Shown here: piece by piece, positions 41,843 to 53,012 of the stretch | How positions within the stretch are numbered: position 1 is the first letter of the stretch | How the letters are laid out: every line of letters begins with the position of its first letter | Assembly: GCA_963806415.1 (NCBI GenBank) | Contig: CAWDYD010000005.1 | Location: forward strand, 2,326,115-2,390,114 | Direction of reading: 5' to 3' | DNA: 64,000 nt | DNA from: an uncultured Actinomycetota bacterium | GTDB lineage: Bacteria > Actinomycetota > Actinomycetes > Mycobacteriales > SCTD01 | The notes under the pieces: model-generated | The model's input: only the letters and a program-made list of their open reading frames with translations | Database searches by the model: none | Told to the model about the DNA's origin: nothing | Made by a program: the position numbers and the translations under genes

Positions 41843-41900
41843 TATTGACAACTGTCGATGGAAGCGTAGCGTCCGGATCAGTCATCGACAACCGTCGATG
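41843..41900 (+). promoter_or_regulatory. candidate promoter (TTGACA-16-TAGCGT) with two ArsR-type operator boxes
   Basis: -35 ttgaca at 41845-41850 and -10 tagcgt at 41867-41872. Box 1 tattgacaactgtcgatg (41843-41860) is an imperfect palindrome. Box 2 catcgacaaccgtcgatg (41883-41900) is a perfect 7-4-7 inverted repeat. The two 17-mers differ at 2 positions and lie 40 bp apart. Confidence 0.6.
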
Positions 41901-41920
41901 GTCGATCCGAGGAGCACGTC

Positions 41921-42367
41921 ATGTCGCGCTTGCAACTGGCCCTGAACGTCGACGACCTCGACACCGCGGTCGCCTTCTACACCGCGCTGCTCGGTACCGA
42001 GCCGGCCAAGCTCCGTACCGGCTACGCCAACTACGCCGTCAGCGACCCGCCGCTCAAGCTGGTCCTGCTGGAGAACCCCGGCCGCGGCGGAACCCTCAAC
42101 CACCTGGGCGTCGAGGTGGACTCGCCCGAGCGGGTGGCGGCCGAGACCGCCCGGCTCACCGACGCCGGCCTCGGCACGACGCTCGAGGACGCCACGACCT
42201 GCTGCTACGCGACGCAGGACAAGGTCTGGGTCTCCGGGCCCGGCGGGGAGCCGTGGGAGATCTACACCGTGCTGGCCGACAGCCCGACCTTCGGCAGCTC
42301 TCCCCGCACCGCCGACGCCGAGGGCGGGACCTGCTGCGCCGCCTCGCCCGCCCCGGCCTGCTGCTGA
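41921..42367 (+). CDS. ArsI/CadI family glyoxalase-fold (VOC) protein
   Basis: MSRLQLALNVDDLDTAVAFYTALLGTEPAKLRTGYANYAVSDPPLKLVLLENPGRGGTLNHLGVEV..TCCYATQDKVWVSGPGGEPWEIYTVL (vicinal Cys pair), plus a Cys-rich tail TCCAASPAPACC. Confidence 0.85.
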   Translation: MSRLQLALNVDDLDTAVAFYTALLGTEPAKLRTGYANYAVSDPPLKLVLLENPGRGGTLNHLGVEVDSPERVAAETARLTDAGLGTTLEDATTCCYATQDKVWVSGPGGEPWEIYTVLADSPTFGSSPRTADAEGGTCCAASPAPACC

Positions 42368-42393
42368 CCCGCCGTCCCGCGAGGAGGTACGCG

Positions 42394-42570
42394 ATGACAG
42401 TCGATCCCCTCCTGCTGCTCGTCCAGGAGCACCAGGACGACCTCCGGGCGCAGGCCCGCCGCGACCGGCTGGTCCGGCTCGTACGGTGCTGCCGACCCTC
42501 CGCGGTGGGCCGCGCGCTACGACGGTGGCGCGACACCCGGCCGGCCACGGCAGAGCCGGCCGGCTGCTGA
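42394..42570 (+). CDS. small (58 aa) Arg-rich, Cys-containing hypothetical protein downstream of the ArsI/CadI gene
   Basis: GAGGAGG RBS 5-12 nt before ATG 42394. MTVDPLLLLVQEHQDDLRAQARRDRLVRLVRCCRPSAVGRALRRWRDTRPATAEPAGC. Confidence 0.45.
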   Translation: MTVDPLLLLVQEHQDDLRAQARRDRLVRLVRCCRPSAVGRALRRWRDTRPATAEPAGC

Positions 42571-42616
42571 GCCTGCGCCCCGGCCGTGCCGGCGTCGCGT
42601 CCTCGTACGCCGGTCA

Positions 42617-44623
<2,007 letters not shown>

Positions 44624-44753
44624 GTGGGGGCCTCCAACGGGGTCGGTGCGTGGGCGTGCTGCGGTCCTCCTTCCCCCGCCGCAGCGCGGCGACCACGGGC
44701 CGGACGGGTAGCCGGCGACCCGACCGGGGTAGTGGCAGGGCACGCACCCACAC

Positions 44754-44769
44754 ATACCGCTGGAGGTAT
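44754..44769. promoter_or_regulatory. candidate CsoR-family operator ATACC-N6-GGTAT
   Basis: ataccgctggaggtat is a perfect 5-bp inverted repeat with a 6-nt spacer. It lies in the divergent region between the CstB-like gene and the DUF302 gene and overlaps the DUF302 RBS. Confidence 0.45.
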
Positions 44770-44771
44770 TG

Positions 44772-45164
44772 ATGGACTACGGCACCACGGTCACGACGAC
44801 GCTCGACTTCGACGCTGCTGTCGAGAGGACGAAGGCGGCGCTGGGCGACCAGGGCTTCGGGGTGCTCACCGAGATCGACATCCAGGCGACGCTCAAGAAG
44901 AAGCTCGACGAGGACACCGAGCCGTACGTCATCCTGGGCGCCTGCAACCCGCAGCTCGCCTCGAAGGCGCTGAAGGTCGAGCGCGACATCGGTCTGCTGC
45001 TGCCGTGCAACGTCGTCGTCCGGCGCGACGGCGACCACACCCTGGTGCAGGCGCTGAACCCGCAGGTCATGGTCAGCCTGCCGGACCGGCCGGAGCTGCA
45101 GGACGTGGCGGACGAGGCCGGCAGGCGCCTGGCCGCCGCGCTCGACGCGATCGCCTCGTCGTGA
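44772..45164 (+). CDS. DUF302 domain-containing protein
   Basis: MDYGTTVTTTLDFDAAVERTKAALGDQGFGVLTEIDIQATLKKKLDEDTEPYVILGACNPQLASKALKVERDIGLLLPCNVVVR. Intact, with a GGAGG RBS. Confidence 0.85.
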   Translation: MDYGTTVTTTLDFDAAVERTKAALGDQGFGVLTEIDIQATLKKKLDEDTEPYVILGACNPQLASKALKVERDIGLLLPCNVVVRRDGDHTLVQALNPQVMVSLPDRPELQDVADEAGRRLAAALDAIASS

Positions 45165-45403
45165 AGCCCGTCGACGTGATCGGCAGCCAGGCAGGCCGGG
45201 TGCTCCGGGTCGTCGCCGGCGTCGGCCTGATCGCCGTCGGGCTGCGGCGCGGTGACAACCGGGGCCGTGCCCTCGCGGCCGGCGGGCTGGTCCCGCTGAC
45301 GGCGGGCGCGGCCGACGTGTGCCTGCTCGGCCCGCTTGTGGGTGGTCCGCTGCGCGGGCAGGCGTTCCGCGACCTGCGGGCCCGCCAGGGGTTCACCGGC
45401 TGA
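45161..45403 (+). CDS. DUF2892 (YgaP-like) small membrane protein
   Basis: The GTG overlaps the upstream stop. GRVLRVVAGVGLIAVGLRRGDNRGRALAAGGLVPLTAGAADVCLLGPLVG. Confidence 0.7.
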   Translation: MKPVDVIGSQAGRVLRVVAGVGLIAVGLRRGDNRGRALAAGGLVPLTAGAADVCLLGPLVGGPLRGQAFRDLRARQGFTG

Positions 45404-45543
45404 CCGGGGGCGGCCGGGGCCGGCCCGGTTCGTGTCCTGGCGGGCGGGACCGAACTGGTGGGGCGGCTCTGGCGAGCACCGCCTCGACGCCGCTCCGCGG
45501 GATGACCTGGCACCGGCGCCCGCCGCCGGGCATGCTGCCGCGC

Positions 45544-45834
45544 ATGACCGCCTACGTGCTCGCCGACATTCACGTGACCGACCCCGCTCGCTACGAGGAC
45601 TACAAGGCCCTGGCCGGCCCGTCCGTGCAGAAGTACGGCGGCCGCTACGCCGTGCGCGGCGGCGAGGTCGAGGTCCTCGAGGGGGAGTGGCCGACCGGAC
45701 GCTTCGTCGTGCTGGAGTTCCCGGACGCCGACACCGCACGCCGCTGGTACTCCTCACCGGAGTACACCGAGGCCCGGGCCACCCGGCAGGACGCCGCCCA
45801 GGCCCGGATGGTGCTGGTCGCGCCGCCGGCCTGA
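45544..45834 (+). CDS. DUF1330 domain-containing protein
   Basis: MTAYVLADIHVTDPARYEDYKALAGPSVQKYGGRYAVRGGEVEVLEGEWPTGRFVVLEFPDADTARRWYSSPEYTEA. Confidence 0.85.
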   Translation: MTAYVLADIHVTDPARYEDYKALAGPSVQKYGGRYAVRGGEVEVLEGEWPTGRFVVLEFPDADTARRWYSSPEYTEARATRQDAAQARMVLVAPPA

Positions 45835-45867
45835 GGCCGCGCGCCCCGGGCAGCCCAGGGCCGTGCC

Positions 45868-45885
45868 GCGTCGGCGAGCCGACGC
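45868..45885 (+). terminator. short GC hairpin after the DUF1330 gene (weak terminator candidate)
   Basis: gcgtcggc ga gccgacgc has 8-bp complementary arms, but the loop is very tight. Confidence 0.3.
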
Positions 45886-45976
45886 CGCTGTGTCGCGCTG
45901 ACGACAGTGCGGGGGCCTGCCCTGCCGGAGGGTCGGGCCGGTCAGCGAACCCGCGCTCCAGCCCCCGGAGGCCGCC

Positions 45977-46510
45977 ATGCGCACCTTCCTGCTCCGTACG
46001 CTCCTGCCCGGCCTGCTCGCCGCCGCAGCGCTCGGGCTGACGGCCACCCCGGCCAGCGCCCAGCTCTACGCGGGCGCCGGCGTCTACGGCTACAACGTTC
46101 CGGCCGCCGTCACCTGCCGCTATCTGGACGCGTGGAACACGCTGCGATCCGAGGTCCCGCCGCCCGTGGCGTACGCCTACAACCGCACCGCCGGCGGGGG
46201 CAACGACTGGCAGCAGGTGCGCTACCGGCTGTTCTACGTCGACATGCGCACGGGCGCGACGCTCGGCAGCAGCGCCTGGAGCGGCCTCGCCTGGGCCCGG
46301 GACAACGCGCCCGCCGCTTGGTCCGGCACGACGGTCCAGGCGTACGACTGGCGGACAGTGTTCCGGGTGGAGACCCGCCTCGAGTTCTACTCGCGGTACG
46401 GCGCGTTCGAGGGCTGGACCGCGCACCGGGCCGACACCTACAAGCTCCACCGCGGCTACACGACCTACCCCACCGGCCCCGCGGACTCGTGCGCCTCGAT
46501 CCAGGGGTAG
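45977..46510 (+). CDS. secreted hypothetical protein
   Basis: Signal peptide MRTFLLRTLLPGLLAAAALGLTATPASA, then an aromatic-rich mature part (YAGAGVYGYNVPAAVTCRYLDAWNT..) with two Cys. No domain recognised. Confidence 0.6.
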   Translation: MRTFLLRTLLPGLLAAAALGLTATPASAQLYAGAGVYGYNVPAAVTCRYLDAWNTLRSEVPPPVAYAYNRTAGGGNDWQQVRYRLFYVDMRTGATLGSSAWSGLAWARDNAPAAWSGTTVQAYDWRTVFRVETRLEFYSRYGAFEGWTAHRADTYKLHRGYTTYPTGPADSCASIQG

Positions 46511-46702
46511 GCGGAGCGCGGGCCGGCCGGACTCCGGCCGCCGGCGTCGTCACGAGGCGCGGGCGTCCAGCGTGCCGGCGTCCGCCTGCCCGATCCCTCG
46601 CCGGGCCACGCCGAGCCGTCCCGCCTGGCTGGCGTGGGACCCCACACCACTGCTCGAAGCCGGGCCCCGGCATGCTGGACCGGCAACCCGGAGGAGACCC
46701 CC

Positions 46703-47482
46703 ATGCTGCTGGAGAACCGCGTCGCCCTCGTCACCGGCGCCGGCCGCGCCATCGGCCGCGAGATCGCTCTGACGCTCGCCGCCGAGGGCGCCGACGTCGT
46801 CCTGGCGGCGCGGTCCGTGGACGCCATGGAGGAGGTCGCCGCTCTCATCCGGGAGGGCGGGCGGCAGGCTCTGGTCGTCCCGATGGACCTCGCGGAGCCG
46901 TCCTCGGTCGCCGCCGGCGCCGAGCAGGCCCTGCGCGAGATGGGCAGGGTGGACGTCCTGGTGAACAACAGCGGCGTCGGGGGGCCCAGCAGACCGCTCT
47001 GGGAGATCGAGCCGCAGGAGTGGGAGGACACGTTCCGGGTCAACGTCACCGGCGCGTTCCTGCTGTGCCGGGCGCTGCTGCCCGCGATGGTCGAGGCTCG
47101 CAGGGGGTCGGTGGTCTTCATCGGCTCGGTCACCGGGAAGCGGCCCCTCATTCACCGCACTCCGTACGCCGCGTCGAAGATGGCGCTCGTCGGGCTGGTC
47201 CGCACCCTCGCCACCGAGGTCGGCCCGTACGGCGTCCGGGTCAACCTGATCTCCCCCGGGGCGGTCGAGGGCGACCGCCTGGAGTGGGTACTCGAGCAGC
47301 AGGCGAAGGCCAAGGGCAGCACCGTCGCGCAGGCCCGGGACGAGTTCGCCTCCGCCTCGCCGCTGCGTCGCACGGTCACGGCGACAGACGTGGCGCGCGC
47401 GACCGCGTTCCTCGCGTCCGACTCCGCCGCTGCCATCACCGGTGAGGACATGAACGTCAACGCGGGCCTAGCCATGTACTGA
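46703..47482 (+). CDS. SDR family oxidoreductase
   Basis: VALVTGAGRAIGREIA (TGxxxGxG), VLVNNSGV, YAASKMALVGL (YxxxK), ISPGAVEG, ITGEDMNVNAGL. GAGGAG RBS. Confidence 0.9.
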   Translation: MLLENRVALVTGAGRAIGREIALTLAAEGADVVLAARSVDAMEEVAALIREGGRQALVVPMDLAEPSSVAAGAEQALREMGRVDVLVNNSGVGGPSRPLWEIEPQEWEDTFRVNVTGAFLLCRALLPAMVEARRGSVVFIGSVTGKRPLIHRTPYAASKMALVGLVRTLATEVGPYGVRVNLISPGAVEGDRLEWVLEQQAKAKGSTVAQARDEFASASPLRRTVTATDVARATAFLASDSAAAITGEDMNVNAGLAMY

Positions 47483-47588
47483 CCGCAGGGCGCCCGGCGA
47501 GCGCCGGTGGCTCGGTCCGTGCCACCGGGCGAGCGACCGGTCTCCGTTCGCAGAGCAGGAACTACACGTCGACGACCGGAGAAGTGCA

Positions 47589-48650
47589 GTGACCGACCCG
47601 CACGGCCTCGACCTGGACGCGTTGACGCGATACCTGGAGCAGGAGTCCCCGGGCCTGCTGGCCGGGCCGCTGCAGGGCCGGCTCATCGCGGGTGGCCGCT
47701 CGAACCTCACGTACGTCGTGACCGACGGCGGTTCGCAGTGGATCGTGCGTCGTCCGCCGCTCGGCCACGTGCTCGAGACCGCGCACGACATGAGCCGCGA
47801 GCACCGCGTCATGGCGGGCCTGGCCGGCAGCGAGGTCCCGGTGCCGGACATGGTCGCGCTGTGCCAGGACCCGACGGTGCTCGGCGCGCCGTTCTACGTG
47901 ATGTCCTTCGTCGACGGGACGGTGCTCCGCTCGCGCGAGCAGCTGGAGGCGGTGGACGCCCGGGCGGCGGAGGTGCTCGCCGACGCGGTCGTCACCGCGC
48001 TCGCCCGGCTGCACGCCGTCGACCCCGCGCAGGTCGGCCTGCAGGACCTGGGCCGCCCCGAGGGGTTCCTGGAGCGGCAGGTGCGGCGCTGGGGCAAGCA
48101 GCTGGCTGCCTCGCACAGCCGGGACCTCCCCGAGCTCGACGAGCTCGGCGCCCGGCTGCGCGCGTCCGTACCCGCGAGCCCGCGCGCAGCGCTGGTGCAC
48201 GGTGACTTCAAGCTCGACAACGTGGTCATCGACGCGGCCGACCCGGGGCGGGTGCTGGCGGTGCTCGACTGGGAGATGGCCACCCTGGGCGACCCGCTGA
48301 CCGACGTCGTGAACCTGGCCCTGTGGTGGGACGGCATCCGCGACGAGTCGGGGGCGCTGTTCACCGCGGCACCGGCGGACGTGCCCGGCTTCCCGACGAG
48401 CGCCCGCCTGGTGGAGCGGTACGCGGACCTGACCGGCACCACGCCGGCCCTGCTGGCCTGGTACTCCGGCCTCGCCTGCTTCAAGATCGCCGCCATCTTC
48501 GAGGGCATGTACTACCGCGACCGCCAGGGGCTGACGGTGGGCGAGGGGTTCAGCGAGCTCGCCGGCCTGGCGCCCGCCCTGGCCCGGCGCGGCCTCGCCG
48601 CCCTGGAGTCCGGTGCCGGGTCCGCCCCACCCGGGACGGGCGCCGGCTGA
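47589..48650 (+). CDS. phosphotransferase (APH/choline-kinase-like) family protein
   Basis: [53 protein letters not shown] (catalytic HxDxxxxN), [15 protein letters not shown]. Intact 353 aa. Confidence 0.85.
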   Translation: MTDPHGLDLDALTRYLEQESPGLLAGPLQGRLIAGGRSNLTYVVTDGGSQWIVRRPPLGHVLETAHDMSREHRVMAGLAGSEVPVPDMVALCQDPTVLGAPFYVMSFVDGTVLRSREQLEAVDARAAEVLADAVVTALARLHAVDPAQVGLQDLGRPEGFLERQVRRWGKQLAASHSRDLPELDELGARLRASVPASPRAALVHGDFKLDNVVIDAADPGRVLAVLDWEMATLGDPLTDVVNLALWWDGIRDESGALFTAAPADVPGFPTSARLVERYADLTGTTPALLAWYSGLACFKIAAIFEGMYYRDRQGLTVGEGFSELAGLAPALARRGLAALESGAGSAPPGTGAG

Positions 48651-48965
48651 CGCGGGTCCGGTCCGCCTTCCCCCGTTCGCGGACGCGTCGCAGGACCACC
48701 AGTGGATCCACGTCGACCCCGAGCGGGCCGCCGCGGGCCCCTTCGGGCAGACCATCGCCCACGGCTACCTGAGGCTGGCGCTGCTGCCGCACCTGCTGGA
48801 GGACCTGCTCTCCATCTCCGACCAGCAGCGCGGGACGAACTACGGCGTGGACCGCGCCCGCTTCCTCACCCCGGTGCCGGTGGGTCCCGGATCCGGCTGA
48901 GTGGCCGGCTCGTCTCGGTGACACCCCGCTCGGACGGCGGTCGGGCGGTCCAGCCGGTACACGTA
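48613..48965 (+). pseudogene. MaoC-like (R)-hydratase hot-dog fold remnant, C-terminally truncated
   Basis: [62 protein letters not shown], then (after a shift) [19 protein letters not shown]. After this the sequence becomes the antisense of the GNAT gene, and about 30 aa of the fold are missing. Confidence 0.6.
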
Positions 48966-49493
48966 GTGCAACGGGTCGTCGACCGGGTTGTCCGGCGTCA
49001 TCGGACCCTCCGCCACCCGGCGCAGACCGGCCTTCTCCACCGCCCGCCAGGACGCGGGATTCGCGGCGACCACGGCGACGAGCACCGCGGTCGCCGACGG
49101 GCAGGCTCTCCACGTGCTCGCGACGACCTCGCGAATCAGCCGCGACCCGAGCCCCCGGCCCCGCAGGTCCGGCTCGCCGATCAGGTAGTCGAGCTGCACC
49201 GCCCCGTCCGGCACGTCGACCAGCGCGGTGAGCTCAGCCAGCTCCTCGGGGTAGTCGCGAAGCGCCGAGCGCTGCACCAGCCCGACCGGGCGCCCGTCGA
49301 GCAGCACCACCAGGTCCTCGCCCGGTTCCTCGCCGCGGACGCCCGGTCCGAAGTCCCGCTCCACGGCCTCCGCGGTGAACTCGTGCTGCCACCAGCGGGC
49401 CACGCCCGGCTCGGCCAGCCACTGCGCGAGCCGGGGGAGGTCCGCGCCGGACAGCCGGCGCCAGGAGAGCTCCGCGCCGGCCAGCGGGTCCAT
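48840..49493 (-). CDS. GNAT family N-acetyltransferase
   Basis: [94 protein letters not shown]. The last ~33 codons (48840-48940) are low-complexity and overlap the MaoC remnant in antisense. Confidence 0.8.
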   Translation of the reverse strand: MDPLAGAELSWRRLSGADLPRLAQWLAEPGVARWWQHEFTAEAVERDFGPGVRGEEPGEDLVVLLDGRPVGLVQRSALRDYPEELAELTALVDVPDGAVQLDYLIGEPDLRGRGLGSRLIREVVASTWRACPSATAVLVAVVAANPASWRAVEKAGLRRVAEGPMTPDNPVDDPLHYVYRLDRPTAVRAGCHRDEPATQPDPGPTGTGVRKRARSTP

Positions 49494-49732
49494 GCAGCCC
49501 ACGGTAGTGATCGAGCGGGGCGTGGGCAGGGTGCCTCGTCGACTCTCGCCGCCCGCCTGCCGTGGTCCCGGCGTCCACCTCGGCCGCAGCCTGCCGGTGG
49601 TTGCCGGTCGCGGCGCTCGCCGGCCACCGACCTCGCGCGAGGTGGACGGTCGCGTGTCGGCCACTTCTGCGTACGGACGCCGCGGGGGTCGGCGGCGGGC
49701 ACCTCCGGCCGCGCGTGGGTGTCCTACTCCGA

Positions 49733-49900
49733 GTAGCGGGTGGCGAACGTGCGGCCCGAGTCGGTGCTGGCGGGAATTCCCCGGTCGGCGGTGGCGACGT
49801 ACAGCGTCTCCTGCCCGTGGCGGACGTCGACCATGATCGCTTCCGGCTGCCCGCGGCAGGGGGGCGAGGAAGGACAACGCCACCGCCGACCGCGACCTCA
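49733..49900 (-). pseudogene. possible C-terminal remnant of a BNR/Asp-box repeat protein
   Basis: A short frame ends in TAG at 49733: ..EAIMVDVRHGQETLYVATADRGIPASTDSGRTFATRYSE, containing the Asp-box S-x-D-x-G-x-T-F. It is preceded by a TGA, so only about 55 codons are open. Confidence 0.3.
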
Positions 49901-50136
49901 CGCGGCCCCCGCGGCGAGCGTTCGCGGAGGGCGCCCTGCCGCCAGGTCGGACCCCCTCGCAGGACGGCTACCGCTGGCGTACCGGCGCGGCCGCCCGGGG
50001 CACGTCCGGTCGGGCGAGGCGGCGAGCCGGGAACGGTCATGGACGAGTCGGTGGATCCTGGTTGAACAGTCGCACCATCACCTACGCTGCGCGCCGTGAG
50101 CAGCCGCTCACGTGTGAACGGGTGGCCGGAGGCCGT

Positions 50137-50568
50137 GTGAACATCCGCAGAATGACCCTGACGACCGCCTGTGCTGTCGCCGCGCTCGTCGGCATGTCGG
50201 CGACCCCGGCGAGTGCCGCGACGAACCCGTACACGCCGGGACAGGTGTGCGGGTCGGGCTACCGGACGGTGTCCGGCGGCTACTTCGGCTTGAACGGCGC
50301 CGACATGTACGTCATGTACAACGCAGCGTCCGGCCGCAACTGCGTCGCGGTTCTCAAGCGCAGGAACGTGGGTGTGGCCAGCACGGTCGGTGCCGGCTTC
50401 AAGCTGTCGGGGAACACGAGCTGGCGCAGCGGCGTGAACTACGAGGTCGGGCGGTTCAAGTACTACGCCGAGAGCCCCACCAAGTACTACGCCAAGGGCA
50501 GGTGCATCGACATCTACGGGGTCTCCGGAACGTCGAGCGTGCAGCAGTTCAGGGTCTTCTGCGGCTGA
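50137..50568 (+). CDS. small secreted Cys-containing protein (resembles the actinobacterial family annotated as spore-associated protein A)
   Basis: GGAGG then GTG 50137. Signal peptide MTLTTACAVAALVGMSATPASA. Mature part: TNPYTPGQVCGSGYRTVSGGYFGLNGADMYVMYNAASGRNCVAVLKRRNVG..GRCIDIYGVSGTSSVQQFRVFCG. GC content is visibly lower than in the neighbours. The family assignment is from memory only. Confidence 0.65.
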   Translation: MNIRRMTLTTACAVAALVGMSATPASAATNPYTPGQVCGSGYRTVSGGYFGLNGADMYVMYNAASGRNCVAVLKRRNVGVASTVGAGFKLSGNTSWRSGVNYEVGRFKYYAESPTKYYAKGRCIDIYGVSGTSSVQQFRVFCG

Positions 50569-50580
50569 CCGCGTGGGCCG

Positions 50581-50608
50581 GCAGCCCCGATCGGACGGTC
50601 GGGGCTGC
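50581..50608. terminator. hairpin between convergent genes (bidirectional terminator candidate)
   Basis: Perfect 10-bp stem gcagccccga (50581-50590) / tcggggctgc (50599-50608) with an 8-nt loop. Confidence 0.65.
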
Positions 50609-50669
50609 TCCCGGCAGGAACGCCGCGCCAGGACCGGATGGCGAGCCGGCGGCCGCGGCCGGGGCAGGC

Positions 50670-52961
50670 CTAGATGACCGCTCCGGACTCGCGCCGTCGA
50701 CCTGCCGCGGCCGGGGCAGCAGCCCGCTTGGGCATGGGTGGCGGCGCGGTACGGCGGCGCTCGAGCAGCAGGCCGATGGGTGCGGCGGTGAACGCGGAGC
50801 TGTACGTACCGACCAGCAGTCCGAGGAGCAGGGCGAGGCCGAAGTCGGTGAGGCTGCTGCCGCCGAGCATGGTCAGCGCAGCCAGGATGAACATCGCGCC
50901 GAGGCCGGTGTTCAGGGTCCGCGGGGCGGTCTGCAGGACGGCGTCGTTGAGCACCCTCGCGAGCGGTCGTTGACGGTGCTGGGCCCACAGCTCGCGTACC
51001 CGGTCGAGGGTGACGATGCTGTCGTTGACCGACACGCCGATGATTGTCAGGGTGGCGGCGAGGAACACCCCGTCGAGCGGCTTGCCCAGCCAGGCGAAGA
51101 CCCCGACGACGAGCGCGACGTCCTGCAGCATCGCGAGCACCGTCGCGGCGCTGAAGGTCCAGCGGAACCGGAGCGCCAGGTACAGCAGCTGTGCCGCCAA
51201 CGCGACCCCGAGTGCGATCAGGGCCTTCTGCCGCAGCTCCTGGCCGAGGGTCGGGCCGACCGTCTCGTCCCGGATCCGCTCGGCGCCGCCTGCGAGCTCG
51301 GCCAGGCTCTGCCGGATGCGCTCCTGCTCGGCATCGCTGATCCGCGCAGTGCGTACGGAGAGGTCGTCCTGCCCGGCGCGCTGCACGACGGCGGTGGGGA
51401 ACCCGGCCCGGCCGACGGCCTGGCGGGCCTGCTCCACGTCCACCTGCCGCGCGGTGCTGAACTCGGCCAGCCGGCCGCCGGTGAACTCCACGCCCAGGTT
51501 GAGCCCCTGGGTGGCGATGCCGGTGCCGGCCAGCACCAGGGCGACGGCCGAGACGGCCAGCCAGCGGTTCGGGTGCCGCATCAGGTCGGGGTCGCGGCGG
51601 ATCAGCCAGGTGCGTACCCGGCCCAGGCCGGACAGGCCCGACAGGTGCGGACGCCGGACGAGCCAGCGGCGGGTCGCGGCGATGTCGGTGAACGCCCGGC
51701 AGACCACCAGTGCCGAGACCAGTGAGGCGAGCACCCCGATGACCAGGGTGACGCCGAACCCGCGGACCGGCCCGGAGGCCAGGAAGAACAGCAGCCCGGC
51801 GGCGATCAGCGTGGTGACCGCCGAGTCGGTGATCGCCGACAGGGCCTTGCCGTAGGCGGTGCGCAGCGCGCCCTGCAGCCGGGGGGTGCGGGCGTACTCC
51901 TCCCGGGCTCGCTCGAACACCAGCACGTTCGCGTCGATCGCCAGCCCGGCGGAGAGCAGCAGACCGGCCAGCCCGGGCAGGGTCAGGGTGGCGCCGAGCG
52001 CCACCAGCGCGCCGTACGAGATCAGCCCGTAGCTGGCGAGGGCGAGCGCCGCGAGCGCGCCGACGAGCCGGTAGACGCAGGTGAGGAAGACCGCGGTGAG
52101 CACCAGCCCGATCAGTCCGGCGCGGGCGCTGGCGTCGATCGCGTCGCGACCCAGGGTCGGGCCGACCGTGCTCTGCCGCACGATCTCGACCGGAACGGGC
52201 AGGGCGCCGCCGGTGATCAGCGCGGCGAGCTCGTCGGCCTCCTCCGCGGTGAAGCTGCCGGTGATGGAGGTGCTGCCGCCGACGATGCCGGTGCCGCAGC
52301 GCACGTCCGGGGAGACCTGCGGGCTGGACAGCACCCGGTCGTCGAGCAGGATCGCGACCCGACGCTGAGGCGTGCCGGGCGCGGCGCACGCGGCGTCGCC
52401 GGTGAGCTGGGCCCAGGCCCGCTCGCCGTCGCCCCGGAAGTCGACGGTGACCGACCGACCGCCGAACTGCTCGGCCCGGACCGCTGCGCCGCTCACGCCC
52501 TCCCCGGTGAGGCCGGCCGGGCCGATGTCGATGGCCTGGCCGGACTCGTCCGCGACGGTCTGCGCGGCGCTGGTGTCGATGCTGCCGGCCGGTGGCGGGG
52601 TCTGCTGCGAGGCGCCGGTGACCGGGTGGAAGGTGAGCTGCGCGGTGCGCCCGATGACCGCCGCGGCCTCGGCCGGGTCCTGCACTCCGGGGAGCTCGAC
52701 GATGATCCGCTGCTCACCGGAGCGGGCCAGCGTGGGCTCGCTGACGCCGAGCGCGTCGACGCGCTTGCGCAGCACCTCCACGGCGCGGTCCGTGGCGGCG
52801 GCGTCGGCGCGGATGCCGTTGCCGTCCCGGGTCTGCAGGACGATCTGGGTGCCGCCGCGCAGGTCCAGGCCGAGGCGCGGCGGAAGGGTCAGCGTGGCGA
52901 ACAGCGACAGGCCGAGGATGGTGAGCGCCAGGACGGCGCGCACCAGTGAGGCACGGGACAA
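50670..52961 (-). CDS. secDF: fused protein translocase subunit SecDF
   Basis: Intact 763 aa. SecD part: LGLDLRGGTQIVLQT..VEVLRKRVDALGVSEPTLARSGEQRIIVELPGVQDP..GPTLGRDAI. SecF part: LNLGVEFTGGRLAEF..GPTLGQELRQKALIALGVAL..VSVNDSIVTLDRVRE. Confidence 0.9.
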   Translation of the reverse strand: MSRASLVRAVLALTILGLSLFATLTLPPRLGLDLRGGTQIVLQTRDGNGIRADAAATDRAVEVLRKRVDALGVSEPTLARSGEQRIIVELPGVQDPAEAAAVIGRTAQLTFHPVTGASQQTPPPAGSIDTSAAQTVADESGQAIDIGPAGLTGEGVSGAAVRAEQFGGRSVTVDFRGDGERAWAQLTGDAACAAPGTPQRRVAILLDDRVLSSPQVSPDVRCGTGIVGGSTSITGSFTAEEADELAALITGGALPVPVEIVRQSTVGPTLGRDAIDASARAGLIGLVLTAVFLTCVYRLVGALAALALASYGLISYGALVALGATLTLPGLAGLLLSAGLAIDANVLVFERAREEYARTPRLQGALRTAYGKALSAITDSAVTTLIAAGLLFFLASGPVRGFGVTLVIGVLASLVSALVVCRAFTDIAATRRWLVRRPHLSGLSGLGRVRTWLIRRDPDLMRHPNRWLAVSAVALVLAGTGIATQGLNLGVEFTGGRLAEFSTARQVDVEQARQAVGRAGFPTAVVQRAGQDDLSVRTARISDAEQERIRQSLAELAGGAERIRDETVGPTLGQELRQKALIALGVALAAQLLYLALRFRWTFSAATVLAMLQDVALVVGVFAWLGKPLDGVFLAATLTIIGVSVNDSIVTLDRVRELWAQHRQRPLARVLNDAVLQTAPRTLNTGLGAMFILAALTMLGGSSLTDFGLALLLGLLVGTYSSAFTAAPIGLLLERRRTAPPPMPKRAAAPAAAGRRRESGAVI

Positions 52962-53012
52962 CGGGGGCTCCGGCAGGAGGGCCGCGCGGCAGCGCGGCAG
53001 CGGCGAGGACGC

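Noticed and set aside
49234-52389. 1051-aa minus-strand ORF, the largest in the track for this region
   Set aside because: It is an out-of-frame shadow of secDF and its neighbours. The sequence is Arg/Pro/Gly/Ala low-complexity throughout with no recognisable motif. The in-frame secDF ORF (50670-52961) has clear SecD/SecF motifs.
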